Of a stretch of 64,000 bases of DNA, positions 31,471-41,336 are shown in pieces. Position 1 is the stretch's first letter. Each line of letters starts with the position of its first letter. The notes beneath the pieces were generated by a model, which was given only the letters and a program-made list of their open reading frames with translations, was not told the origin of the DNA and did no database searches. The position numbers and the translations under genes are program-made. Location: positions 192,001 to 256,000 of the forward strand of contig CAWJRG010000009.1 of assembly GCA_963845185.1 (NCBI GenBank), in the 5' to 3' direction. Source of the stretch: an uncultured bacterium. Lineage in GTDB: Bacteria; Oederibacteriota; PGYV01; CAWJRG01.

Positions 31471-31986
31471 ATTTCATTCGAAGAGTTGAGAGTAAACCGG
31501 GCAATACGAGCTGATAAGGTCAGGCTGATTGACGCAGGAGGCGTATCGCTTGGAATTCTGTCCGTGCCCGAGGCTGTGAAATTAGCCGAGGAAAAGGGTT
31601 TTGACCTGGTGGAAATAAGCCCAAATGCAATTCCGCCTGTATGCAAGCTTCTTGACTACGGTAAATACAGATACGCTCAGATGAAAAAGGATAAATCCGC
31701 TAAGAAGAAACAGCATGTTGTAGTTGTAAAGGAACTTATGATAAGGCCTGTCATAGACAAGCACGACCTGGGGATAAAAATGAACCATGCACTGGAGTTT
31801 CTTGACAAGGGATTTAAAATAAAGTTTACCATCAAATTCAGGGGCAGGGAACTCGAGTACAAACAAAAGGGTTACGACCTATTTGGGGAAATAGTAAAGA
31901 CGCTTGCGGAAAAAGGAGAGCTTGAAACCGGGCCAGTAAGCGAGGACCGGTCAATACTTTTTACGGTTAATCCGAGAAAAAAATAA
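31471..31986 (+). CDS. infC: Translation initiation factor IF-3 (ATT start)
   Basis: AGGAGG then in-frame ATT at 31471; DLVEISP...PPVCK..DYGK, FRGRE. Confidence 0.96.
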   Translation: MSFEELRVNRAIRADKVRLIDAGGVSLGILSVPEAVKLAEEKGFDLVEISPNAIPPVCKLLDYGKYRYAQMKKDKSAKKKQHVVVVKELMIRPVIDKHDLGIKMNHALEFLDKGFKIKFTIKFRGRELEYKQKGYDLFGEIVKTLAEKGELETGPVSEDRSILFTVNPRKK

Positions 31987-32002
31987 TTCGAGGAGTTTAA
32001 AA

Positions 32003-32197
32003 ATGCCGAAAATGAAGACAAATTCGTCAGCGAAAAAAAGATATAGAAAAACCGCAACCGGAAAAATAAAATATAAAAGGCCTGGCCTGCGGCACTTGCT
32101 GCACCAGGAATCAAGCGGTTTAAAAAGGCCGAAGAGAAGAGCGGCCTATGTAGATGACGCGCATAAAAAGGCAATAGCCAAAATGATGCCTTACTGA
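32003..32197 (+). CDS. rpmI: 50S ribosomal protein L35
   Basis: MPKMKT...AKKR..KTATGKIK. Confidence 0.96.
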   Translation: MPKMKTNSSAKKRYRKTATGKIKYKRPGLRHLLHQESSGLKRPKRRAAYVDDAHKKAIAKMMPY

Positions 32198-32271
32198 TAT
32201 AAAAATACTTTCTTATAAGCAAGAATCAAACTAACACATAAATTTTGTGGCAGAAAAACCGGAGGAAAGCC

Positions 32272-32640
32272 ATGTCAAGAATAAAAGGCGGAGTAACTAG
32301 AAAAAGAAGGCATAAAAAGTTTTTAAAACTTGCAGAAGGGTATTACGGCAGGAAGAAAAACATCTACAAGCGCGCGTCTGAGCAGGTAATGCGCGGCTGG
32401 AAATTCGCTTATGTAGGAAGAAAGCTGAAAAAAAGGGATTTCAGGCGGCTCTGGATAGTGAGAATAAACGCGGCTTGCAGGGAAAGAAGCATTTCTTATT
32501 CAAGGTTTATGAGCGGGCTCAGGAAAGCCAATATAGACCTTAACAGGAAACAACTTGCTGAGCTTGCAATTAACGACGCAGCCGCTTTTACGAAATTAAC
32601 CGATATCGCAAAAGGAAATACCCTGGCAGCTGCCAACTGA
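32272..32640 (+). CDS. rplT: 50S ribosomal protein L20
   Basis: MSRIKGG, KKRDFRRLWIVRINAA, NRKQLAELA. Confidence 0.97.
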   Translation: MSRIKGGVTRKRRHKKFLKLAEGYYGRKKNIYKRASEQVMRGWKFAYVGRKLKKRDFRRLWIVRINAACRERSISYSRFMSGLRKANIDLNRKQLAELAINDAAAFTKLTDIAKGNTLAAAN

Positions 32641-32658
32641 TTTCTGGTTTTAACAGAA

Positions 32659-32762
32659 ATCCGAGAAGTCGATAGTCGAAAGTTGGTAAATTGTTTAATG
32701 TAAAATCGACTTCGGTCGATTCTCGATTTTCTATTATCGGAAAAGCGGGGCTCGCAATAACA
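32659..32762. repeat. Inverted heptamer array (AGTCGA[T/A]) plus REP remnant
   Basis: AGTCGATAGTCGAAAGTTGG ... TCGACTTCGGTCGATTCTCGATT; GCTCGCAATAACA. Confidence 0.5.
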
Positions 32763-32797
32763 AATTGACAGAATTTATAAAGGCGCGAGGTGGAAAA

Positions 32798-35119
32798 GTG
32801 AAAAAAAAGAAAACCAAAAACAGGGAAAAATTCCCTTTTAAATTAAACATTCCTAAATTTAATTTATCCGATTATAATATGGTTTTTGGGCCGTTTACTG
32901 CAATGGCTGGCGCACTTTTGTGCGGTTACATTGGCCAGTATTTTATATATACAAGAAAGCTTATAATGCCGGGGCTGGCGTTTTTTGCCGTGGCAATAGC
33001 GCTATTTGTTTTTGCCGACATGATAAGCGGAAAAAAAGAGTCAATAGACAAGCTTGACACTAAATGGGAAATAATTTTTCTTGCGGCAATCATAATCATA
33101 GGGATCTTTTTCAGGGTTTACATGCTCGACAAACTGCCAACGGGATGCTTCAGGGACGAGGGACAGAACGGCAATGAGGCGATAAATATCATCAATGGCA
33201 CCGTGCTTGACGGCACAAACATGCCGGTTTACATAGAAAGGTCCACGCAGAATGTGGCCATGTATATGTATTTTGTCGCGCTTTCTTTCAAGCTTTTCGG
33301 GGTCGGCGTACAGCAGGTGAGGAACGTATCCATAATATTCGGCCTGATTTCCATACCCGCTTTTTATTTTCTTATACGCTATCTATTCGGGGCGAGGATG
33401 GCCGTGATAGGCGCTTTTTTAATCGCCATTTTCAGATGGCACGTCAATTTCAGCAGGATAGGGTTTCTAGGAATATTCACGGCAATGCAGGTCCCGTTAA
33501 TAATTTATTTTCTTATGCGGGCATATAAGCAAAGGAAAATGTCTGATTTTATACTGGCTGGATTCACCATGTCTCTTGCCCTGTACAGTTATATCGCGGC
33601 AAGGATGATACCGTTGGCCGTGCTTTTATTCGGCGTGCTGCTTTTATTCAACGACATTAATTTTTACAAAAAGGACATAAAAAAACTGGCGTTTTTTTTA
33701 CTGATAGCCTTTGTGACCGCATTACCGCTTTTGAGTTATGTGTCCAAAAATCCCGAGAATTTCATGTCACGCTCTTCCACGGTTTTTCTTTTTAATTTTG
33801 ATGAGGCAAAAAAAGCAAATGAAAGCATAAGCCGGATTATAAGCTCGCCCGAAAAAAAAGATATGGGGGAAATAAAAAATGACCTGGGTGTGCTTGCCAG
33901 GGTCCTAGGCGAAAATATAAAGAAGACAATGCTTATGTTTAACTATATGGGAGACAGCAACCCGAGGCATAACCTGCCGAATGAGCCCGTGCTCGATTTT
34001 ACCCTCGGCATTCTGGCTTTTTTGGGATTTGGCTATATGCTTTGCACTCTGTTTAAACCCAGGTCTTTTATTATGATAGCAATGTTTTTTGCATTTTTAC
34101 AATCCGGATTTTTTTCCATCGAAGCGCCTCAGGCGTACAGGACCATACCCAATATAGCGATAGTCCTGATTTTTGCAATTATTACGATTTATAAGGCATA
34201 TATTTATTTCAGGGAGCAGTTTGGGGTCACTTACCAGCCGGTTTTTTTCGGGATTCTTGTGCTTGCGCTTTTGAATTCGGGCCGTGACAATTATAACCTG
34301 TATTTTGACAAGCAGGCAAATGAGCCTGGATGTTGGTCGGAATTTTCAATCGAGGAATGGAGCATGGGAAAATATCTGCACGACAAGGGCGAAAACTGGA
34401 TAGGCATAGTCTTACCGGCATGGGTGAACAGTTATACCTTTAATTTCATGACTTATCCGTATAAGAATTTTACACCGTTTGAGATTTCCGACTGGGTGCC
34501 AATCAAGACTTTTGAAAAAAACAAAAATTATGTTTATATCCTTGACAGGACATATGTCCCCATAGTCCCGACCCTCCGGAAGATGTACTCGCACGGGAAA
34601 TATGCCGAATTTGTCCACAAATATAACAAGATGATAATGTATTTTACATTCGAGGTGCCTTACGAAGATATAGTAAATTACGGGAATCAAAAAGTTAAAA
34701 ACGGATTAAAAGGGTATTATTATGTAGGCAATACATGGAGCGGGGACCTGAAGATTCAGAGAATAGACCCTTTTGTACTTTTTAACTGGACAGTGGACCC
34801 CGTGTCAGGGCCGTTTTCGGTAAAATGGCTGGGCAGGATAAAAGCAGACAAGACCGGTGAATATTCTTTTTCGACTGACTCAAACGATTTTTCGGACGTA
34901 GCGATAGACGGGAAGACCGTGTATACAAACCCCGGCACAGCGAAGCAGCAGACAAAAAACCCGGGCACGGGTAAAATATATTTAAAAGCCGGCTATCATA
35001 ATATCCTGGTAAGGTATTACGAGAGCATAAACTATTCAAGGATGGAACTGTGGTGGGTCAGGCCTGAAACAGGAATCAGGGAGGTGGTGCCGAGCGATGC
35101 CCTATTCCCGGCGGAATAA
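32798..35119 (+). CDS. GT-C fold glycosyltransferase (PMT/ArnT-like) with C-terminal PA14 domain
   Basis: Multi-pass; FRDE acidic pair in first loop; GLKGYYY...FSVKWLGRI...GEYSFSTDSND...GYHNILVRYYE. Confidence 0.85.
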   Translation: MKKKKTKNREKFPFKLNIPKFNLSDYNMVFGPFTAMAGALLCGYIGQYFIYTRKLIMPGLAFFAVAIALFVFADMISGKKESIDKLDTKWEIIFLAAIIIIGIFFRVYMLDKLPTGCFRDEGQNGNEAINIINGTVLDGTNMPVYIERSTQNVAMYMYFVALSFKLFGVGVQQVRNVSIIFGLISIPAFYFLIRYLFGARMAVIGAFLIAIFRWHVNFSRIGFLGIFTAMQVPLIIYFLMRAYKQRKMSDFILAGFTMSLALYSYIAARMIPLAVLLFGVLLLFNDINFYKKDIKKLAFFLLIAFVTALPLLSYVSKNPENFMSRSSTVFLFNFDEAKKANESISRIISSPEKKDMGEIKNDLGVLARVLGENIKKTMLMFNYMGDSNPRHNLPNEPVLDFTLGILAFLGFGYMLCTLFKPRSFIMIAMFFAFLQSGFFSIEAPQAYRTIPNIAIVLIFAIITIYKAYIYFREQFGVTYQPVFFGILVLALLNSGRDNYNLYFDKQANEPGCWSEFSIEEWSMGKYLHDKGENWIGIVLPAWVNSYTFNFMTYPYKNFTPFEISDWVPIKTFEKNKNYVYILDRTYVPIVPTLRKMYSHGKYAEFVHKYNKMIMYFTFEVPYEDIVNYGNQKVKNGLKGYYYVGNTWSGDLKIQRIDPFVLFNWTVDPVSGPFSVKWLGRIKADKTGEYSFSTDSNDFSDVAIDGKTVYTNPGTAKQQTKNPGTGKIYLKAGYHNILVRYYESINYSRMELWWVRPETGIREVVPSDALFPAE

Positions 35120-35915
35120 AAAGAAAAAAATCATAGTTGTAATGCCGGCTTACAACGCGGCAACGACGCTGGAGAAAACCTACAAAGACATACCCAAGCA
35201 TATCGTTGACAAAATAATCCTTGTTGACGACGTGAGCAGGGACAACACAGTCGCCATAGCGAAAAAGCTGGGTATTAAATACATAGTGCACATAGAGAAC
35301 AGGGGATACGGCGGCAACCAGAAGACATGCTACATAGAAGCGCTGAAAGAAGGCGCGGACGTGATTGTCATGCTGCACCCGGATTACCAGTACGACTCGA
35401 GGCTAATACCTGAAATGATAGCCCCGATTCTGGAAGGCCACGCTGATTTTGTCATGGGCTCGCGTATGCTGGGGCACGGAGCCTTGCGCGGAGGCATGCC
35501 TCTGTACAAATACATTTCAAACAAGCTGCTTACGATTTTTGAAAACGAGTGCCTCGGGAAACACTACTCGGAGTTGCACTCGGGCTTCAGGGCATACAGC
35601 AGGAAACTTTTGACTACAATTCCATTTGTGCTTAATTCCGATGATTTTGTTTTCGACACTGAAGTCATAGCGCAGATTGAGATGTGGAAATTTTCCACGT
35701 CGGAAATCCCGGTACCGACAAGGTATTTCAAGGAGGCGTCTTCCATAAACTTCGGGCGTAGCGTAGTTTATGGGCTGTCGACCGTTAAAGTCATGTTCCA
35801 GTTTTTATTTCATAAATGGGGAATAAAAAAATACGACAAGTTCCAGAAAAAACTGCTTGAGGTAATCAGCCCTTTTTACATTAAAAAGATAGGCAAGGGC
35901 AAAAGCAATGTTTAA
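35097..35915 (+). CDS. GT2 polyprenyl-phosphate glycosyltransferase (Ppm1/DPM1-like)
   Basis: VVMPAYN, LVDDVSRD, NRGYGGNQK, HPDYQY, GSR, SGFRAY. Confidence 0.9.
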   Translation: MPYSRRNKKKKIIVVMPAYNAATTLEKTYKDIPKHIVDKIILVDDVSRDNTVAIAKKLGIKYIVHIENRGYGGNQKTCYIEALKEGADVIVMLHPDYQYDSRLIPEMIAPILEGHADFVMGSRMLGHGALRGGMPLYKYISNKLLTIFENECLGKHYSELHSGFRAYSRKLLTTIPFVLNSDDFVFDTEVIAQIEMWKFSTSEIPVPTRYFKEASSINFGRSVVYGLSTVKVMFQFLFHKWGIKKYDKFQKKLLEVISPFYIKKIGKGKSNV

Positions 35916-36957
35916 AAAAATCATTGTCTGGCTGGGTTTAATAGTTACGGTAGCATGCCTTTATTTTGTGCTCAGGGGCTTGGATTATTCGCGGCTGTGG
36001 AACATATTAAAACATATTAATATATGGCTTTTATTAATCACGGTTGTGATTTACGTGGGCGGTTATTACATAAGGGCACAAAGATGGCACCATCTTTTGA
36101 AACATATAAAGCCTTTTAAGGCGCTTGAGCTTTTTCCGTACCTTGTGATGGGATTCATGTTTAACAACGTGCTTCCTGCGCGCGCAGGCGAGTTTATCAG
36201 GGCTTATATTACCGGCAGCAAAAAAGGGATTTCCAGGTCGTCTACTTTTGGAACCATTGTTATTGAAAGGGTATTTGACGGGCTTGTCATGATATTTTAT
36301 TTTATAATCGGATACACTGCTTTTTATTTCATAAAACAGCAGGCCGTTATACCACCGATCAATATCAAAGGGCTGACTGTCGGAATAAAAGACGCAGTAC
36401 TTGGTTTTGCCGTGCTTGGGAGCATTGTATTTATAGGCATATTTGTCCTTATGTTCCTGCTGCTTTACAAAAGGGAAGCCACGGTTAATTTTATTAATAA
36501 AATTCTCATTTTTTTACCACAGGGTGTATGCGATAAAATAGGGAAATTTATTGATACTTTTATCAACGGACTTGGAGTGCTTGGAAACCTGGGCGATATG
36601 GCGATTGTTTTCAGTATATCATTATCGGCATGGACCGTAGAGGCATTCACTTACTGGCTTATGGGAACGGCAATGAATATTCATATTAATTTTCTGCTTG
36701 TATGCCTGATTATGGCTGTTGCCAATTTCGCGATAATGGCTCCGTCGACTGCGGGCGGCCTAGGACCGTTCGAGTTTTTCGGAGTAGGTATAATGCTGTT
36801 ATTCGCATATCCAAAGGAAGAGGCTGCGGCGTATGTGTTTATTGTCCATGCTATGATACTTTTGCCAATAATAGCCCTGGGTGCGATTTTCATGTTCACC
36901 GAGGGGCTGAATTTTTCAAAACTGATTAGCGAAAAAGAAAAGGAGGAGAAAGAATGA
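35908..36957 (+). CDS. Lysylphosphatidylglycerol-synthase TM region (flippase-like) protein
   Basis: [31 protein letters not shown]. Confidence 0.85.
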   Translation: MFKKIIVWLGLIVTVACLYFVLRGLDYSRLWNILKHINIWLLLITVVIYVGGYYIRAQRWHHLLKHIKPFKALELFPYLVMGFMFNNVLPARAGEFIRAYITGSKKGISRSSTFGTIVIERVFDGLVMIFYFIIGYTAFYFIKQQAVIPPINIKGLTVGIKDAVLGFAVLGSIVFIGIFVLMFLLLYKREATVNFINKILIFLPQGVCDKIGKFIDTFINGLGVLGNLGDMAIVFSISLSAWTVEAFTYWLMGTAMNIHINFLLVCLIMAVANFAIMAPSTAGGLGPFEFFGVGIMLLFAYPKEEAAAYVFIVHAMILLPIIALGAIFMFTEGLNFSKLISEKEKEEKE

Positions 36958-37532
36958 AAAAAGTTTTGATTGCGGTTTTTGCGGTATTTTTTGTATTTTT
37001 TGCAATTGGAGCAGGATGCGACAACAAGAAACCGGAGGGAAAAATGGAACAGGCAGCGGTTACACCGGGAGCGGGTGAAAAAATTGCGGTCATCGAGACG
37101 AACAAAGGTGTGATTAAATTCAAGTTCTTTGAAGCAGATGCACCGAACACAGTGGCAAATTTCATCAAACTGGCGGACAGCAAGTTTTATGACGGCCTTT
37201 TATTCCACAGGGTTGAACCGGGATTTGTTATACAGGGAGGAGATCCGCTTACAAAAGACCCTGCAATGAAGCCAAGATGGGGTTCCGGCGGGCCTGGATA
37301 CATGGTAAAAGCGGAATTTAACAAGAATCCGCACATTGACGGCACAGTGGCAATGGCAAGAGCGGCAGACCCGGACAGCGCAGGCAGCCAGTTTTATATC
37401 TGCCTTGGGCCACAGCCTATGCTGGATGGGAAATATACGGTATTTGGCCAGGTTACTGAAGGGCTTGACGTTGTGCATAAGATACAGGTTGGAGATCAGA
37501 TGACCAAGGTGTACATAGTAGAAACAAAGTAA
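36954..37532 (+). CDS. Cyclophilin-type peptidyl-prolyl isomerase, lipoprotein
   Basis: GAGC lipobox; [32 protein letters not shown]. Confidence 0.93.
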   Translation: MKKVLIAVFAVFFVFFAIGAGCDNKKPEGKMEQAAVTPGAGEKIAVIETNKGVIKFKFFEADAPNTVANFIKLADSKFYDGLLFHRVEPGFVIQGGDPLTKDPAMKPRWGSGGPGYMVKAEFNKNPHIDGTVAMARAADPDSAGSQFYICLGPQPMLDGKYTVFGQVTEGLDVVHKIQVGDQMTKVYIVETK

Positions 37533-37557
37533 CAAATATAAGTTTAATATAATGCAG

Positions 37558-37591
37558 ACAAGGCGGCGCATAGCGCCGCCTTGTTTATTTT
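37558..37591 (+). terminator. Intrinsic terminator
   Basis: ACAAGGCGGCGC-ATA-GCGCCGCCTTGT then TTATTTT. Confidence 0.85.
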
Positions 37592-37689
37592 AGCCTGATT
37601 ATTTAATTCCAATCAAACATATAAATATAAAATTGACTTCATGAAAAATAGGCGCTATAATTGGTTCAACAAATAAAGGAGCAAATAAT

Positions 37690-37983
37690 ATGAGTAATAA
37701 AGAGAAGATTTTTAAAATAATAAAGAATAATGAGAATATGATTAAAGGATATGGAATATCGTCCATCGCTATTTTTGGATCGTTTGTCAATGGAAAACCC
37801 GGGAAAAATAGCGATATTGATCTGCTGGTTGAATTCAATGAACCAACATTTAAAAATTACTTCGGCCTCAAAGAGAGCCTTCAAAAAGCCCTCGGCAGAA
37901 AAGTAGACCTCTTATGCAGGGATGCCGTGAAACCGGCCGTAAAAAAGTCGATTTTAAAGGAGGCCGAATGGGTAATAAGGTAA
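37690..37983 (+). CDS. Minimal nucleotidyltransferase (MNT antitoxin)
   Basis: IFGSF...SDIDLLVEF...GRKVDL; promoter TTGACT-17-TATAAT at 37633-37661. Confidence 0.9.
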   Translation: MSNKEKIFKIIKNNENMIKGYGISSIAIFGSFVNGKPGKNSDIDLLVEFNEPTFKNYFGLKESLQKALGRKVDLLCRDAVKPAVKKSILKEAEWVIR

Positions 37984-38216
37984 GGCGGCCCGGATTGTAC
38001 ATTGACGACATTGTTGATTCAATTAAAAAGGTCAAAATTTATACCAAGAATATGTCTTATGCCGATTTTGTTAAAAATAAGCTTATTCAGGATGCCGTAG
38101 CCAGGAATTTTGAGATAATAGGCGAAGCAGCAAGGCAGATGCCCAAACCGATAAAAGACAAAAATAGAGATATAGAATGGCAGAAAGTTATAGCGTTTAG
38201 GAATATAATAGGATAG
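37968..38216 (+). pseudogene. HEPN/DUF86 (HepT) toxin, truncated inside the RX4H motif
   Basis: DAVARNFEIIGEA...IEWQKVIAFRNIIG* lacks the catalytic His and final helix. Confidence 0.85.
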
Positions 38217-38694
38217 TGTCGGAAAAGGTGGGGGTGAAAAAGCGGAAAATAAGGGCATTTTCGACAGCGAAAACTTAGCGCTGTACTCGTACGGACACCA
38301 GAACCCCGTAAGATATGTAGACCCGGATGGAAATGAAGATGTACCAGCTTCAACATCTACAATAGAACAAGGTCCAAAGCCTCAGATGATGCCGACTGTT
38401 CCCTCTGATAAGGGTCCTACAAAAACACCGGAGTACATACTTATTAATGATCCTCAAGCAATGCTGGCCAAACAAACAGGAGAAAATGCAATGAAATTGC
38501 CTAATACGCAAGTAGCAAAATCGGGAAGTATTGAAAATAGGCCAGGACCAAATGTTCAGGGGACAGTAACAACAGCTTTCGCCCAAGCAACAGCTGAGGC
38601 TATTAATAAGCAGATAATACGATCAACAAAAGGTGAGACTGGTTTTACGAACGATCAGCCGGAGTACGATATACCAAATGGAGGAAATAAATGA
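38212..38694 (+). pseudogene. Orphan Rhs core end plus C-terminal (putative toxin) domain
   Basis: In frame with ORF 38386: NLALYSYGHQNPVRYVDPDG (Rhs PxxxxDPxG); no start codon upstream of the motif. Confidence 0.8.
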
Positions 38695-40547
38695 AAAAGA
38701 TATTAATTGTTATTTTATTGATAATACCTTTTTCTTCTCTGGCATTAGATAAAGATTATTATTTTAAAATAGCTGAAGATAAATATAAAAATGCAAATTA
38801 TAGAGGCGCTATTGAAGCATATACTAAAACAATAGAATTGAACCCAAAAAACGACATGGCGTATTATAAACGAGGAATGTCAAGGTTTAAAATTAGTGAT
38901 TATACTGGGGCCATTCAAGATTGTAATATAATTTTGAAATTAGATCCCAATAATAAAGACACATTTTATTTAAAGGCAATGTCTGAAAGAAAACTTCGTA
39001 ATTATAGTGCTGCAATTAATGATTTTAATAAAGCCATAAATTTAGCGCCGGATAATCCGTTATATTATGCAAATCGCGCCCTTACAGAATGGGAAAATGG
39101 GAATATTGATTTAGCCATTAATGATTATAACAAATCCATTAAAATAGAGCCTAAAGCTGCCTATGTTTATTTATCGCTTGGAGATATATACTATGACAAA
39201 AAAGAATACGACAAAGCGATAGAATATTATAATAAAGCGCTTCAAATAAATTCACATGCTGCCAAGGGTTATGAGAAGAGAGGAAATGCTTATGCGTTAA
39301 AAAAAGAGTACGATAAAGCTATTGCGGATTATAATATGGCGTTGATGTTAGAACCCGGTCTTGCTGATGCTTATTTCGAAAGGGGAAATATGTATTCTGG
39401 GAAAAACGATTATAATAAAGCATTAGCTGATTATAATAAAGCACTGGAACAAAAGCCGTATTTTGTTGACGTTTATTTAAACCGTGGAATTGTATACGCT
39501 AATGAAAGAGATTTTAGTAAAGCGCTGGCAAATTTTAACAAAGCGCTGGAATTAAAGCCGGATTATGCGGAAGTTATTTTCCATCGGGGACGAATATATT
39601 GGATTGAAGGCGATCTTGATAAGGCATTGGCTGACTACAATAAAACGCTGAAACTTATGCCGAATTTTTATAATGCTTATTCTTATAGAGGACTTTTATA
39701 CGGCCAAAAGAAAGATTATGATAAGGAACTTGCGGATTACAATAAAGAAATAGAATTAGAGCCAAAGAATGCTGAAGGTTATCTTAACAGGGGACTCACA
39801 TATAACGATATGAAAAAATACGACAAGGCTATAATGGATTTTAATAAAGCTCTGGAATTAGACCCTGATTGCGCTCTTGCGCAAACCGCACGTGGAAATT
39901 ATTTCTTTTCCAAAGGCGACTATGATATGGCGCTTGCGGATTATAAAAAGGCAATAAAAGTAAACCCGGATGATGGAGGCCTTATTGACGTTATCGGGGC
40001 GGTTTATTATTGGCAAGGAAAGCTGGGTGAGGCGCTTGATTGGTATAATAAAATTTTTGGTTTAAAAGAAAAGTATAAATACTTGGGGCAGTATTATTGG
40101 ATGGAATTATTAATCTATAAAGAAAATGGGCGGAAAGAAAAAATGAATAATATTATAGAAAATGGCGAAGCATATCTTACCGCGCAAATAAACAAAAATA
40201 AAGATTCAGCCTCGGATTATAACAACCTGGCTTTATTCTACTGTGAAGCAGGAATAAAAAACGATGAAGCGCTGAAGTTGGCAGAAACAGCAAACAAAAT
40301 AGACCCGAAAAATGATTATATTTTTGGCAGGTGTTACTTATTAAAGGGGAATTTTAAAAAAGCTATTGAATATTTTGAAAAAGAAAAAAAGAGCAATACA
40401 GCAGACATAGATAATTTATATTATCTTGGGATTGCTTATTTGGCGACAGGCAATAAAAACAAAGCGAAAGAAATCTGGCGTGAGGGTTTGAAAATTGATC
40501 CCAATCACAGATTCATAAAAAGTGAAATAGAAAAGGTGGGAAACTAA
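38691..40547 (+). CDS. Secreted multi-TPR protein (candidate immunity protein)
   Basis: Signal peptide, many TPRs, ATGAAA start overlapping the Rhs-CT stop. Confidence 0.88.
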   Translation: MKKILIVILLIIPFSSLALDKDYYFKIAEDKYKNANYRGAIEAYTKTIELNPKNDMAYYKRGMSRFKISDYTGAIQDCNIILKLDPNNKDTFYLKAMSERKLRNYSAAINDFNKAINLAPDNPLYYANRALTEWENGNIDLAINDYNKSIKIEPKAAYVYLSLGDIYYDKKEYDKAIEYYNKALQINSHAAKGYEKRGNAYALKKEYDKAIADYNMALMLEPGLADAYFERGNMYSGKNDYNKALADYNKALEQKPYFVDVYLNRGIVYANERDFSKALANFNKALELKPDYAEVIFHRGRIYWIEGDLDKALADYNKTLKLMPNFYNAYSYRGLLYGQKKDYDKELADYNKEIELEPKNAEGYLNRGLTYNDMKKYDKAIMDFNKALELDPDCALAQTARGNYFFSKGDYDMALADYKKAIKVNPDDGGLIDVIGAVYYWQGKLGEALDWYNKIFGLKEKYKYLGQYYWMELLIYKENGRKEKMNNIIENGEAYLTAQINKNKDSASDYNNLALFYCEAGIKNDEALKLAETANKIDPKNDYIFGRCYLLKGNFKKAIEYFEKEKKSNTADIDNLYYLGIAYLATGNKNKAKEIWREGLKIDPNHRFIKSEIEKVGN

Positions 40548-40604
40548 AATTATGGCTTTTAGAATAAAAGGTATTTTGGCATGAAAAAGATAGTAATAGA
40601 TTTA

Positions 40605-40680
40605 AAAGTTCAACGCTCAAAAGGTCAAGGTTCAAAGTTCAAGAGAACAAAGTTCAAGAGGTCAAAAGTTCAAAGCAAAA
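40605..40680. repeat. Heptamer tandem repeat (AAGTTCA)
   Basis: AAAGTTCAACGCTCAAAAGGTCAAGGTTCAAAGTTCAAG...AAAGTTCAAAG. Confidence 0.7.
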
Positions 40681-40714
40681 CGAATATGAAAAATGAAACA
40701 GGAGATTATGTAAA

Positions 40715-41212
40715 ATGAAAAAATTAATGCTATTAACTATATTAACTTTAACAACCGCTACAGCGGCGGTGAGCTCGGCGGAAGGGGCGGTGAATACGCC
40801 GACAGCGACGCCGACGAATACGCCTGTGCCGGTGCAATACGAGTTGAACTCAGCGGCAGCGATACCGACAATCATTGCCGACGGCAAAACTACCGTATAT
40901 TTCGAGGCAAAAGAATTTGAAATGCAGCCTATTTTATCAAACAAAAGGATTTATCCAAATTTAACATGGCATAACTGCTCAGGGGATTATTTATTTGTTT
41001 ACGTTGAAGGCAAAATTCCGGTAGAAGATACCATGGAATTAATATTCAAGTACAGCAAAGGAATAATTTATTACGGCAGCAAACTGCCAAAAGAGGTATG
41101 GAAAAAGTATGCTAAATGCGGCAAACGGGATTCGGGAAGCGGGAAAAGTAATACGAAAAACGGGATTCGGAATACGAAATTCGAAATTCAAAATACTGGA
41201 AACGGGAAGTGA
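40715..41212 (+). CDS. Secreted hypothetical protein with TP linker; tail encoded by heptamer repeats
   Basis: Signal peptide, NTPTATPTNTP; 3' end CGGGATT/ACGAAAT repeats. Confidence 0.65.
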   Translation: MKKLMLLTILTLTTATAAVSSAEGAVNTPTATPTNTPVPVQYELNSAAAIPTIIADGKTTVYFEAKEFEMQPILSNKRIYPNLTWHNCSGDYLFVYVEGKIPVEDTMELIFKYSKGIIYYGSKLPKEVWKKYAKCGKRDSGSGKSNTKNGIRNTKFEIQNTGNGK

Positions 41213-41258
41213 GGATACGATTTGGAATTTGGCATTTGGGATTCGAAAATATTGAATA
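41125..41258. repeat. Heptamer repeat tract
   Basis: CGGGATTCGGGAAGCGGG..., ACGAAATTCGAAATTCAAAAT, ATTTGGAATTTGGCATTTGGG. Confidence 0.65.
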
Positions 41259-41336
41259 AAGGAATAAAAAGAGGTTCGCATGCTTACTAGACGTAATTCA
41301 AAGGCAATATTACTCAGAGACAGGGGCTAATCTGTA

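Noticed and set aside
38214..38240. Readthrough of the HEPN stop codon
   Set aside because: The downstream frame has no HEPN-like residues and meets TGA within seven codons
41280..41330. 16-codon ORF MLTRRNSKAILLRDRG
   Set aside because: Too short and without supporting features
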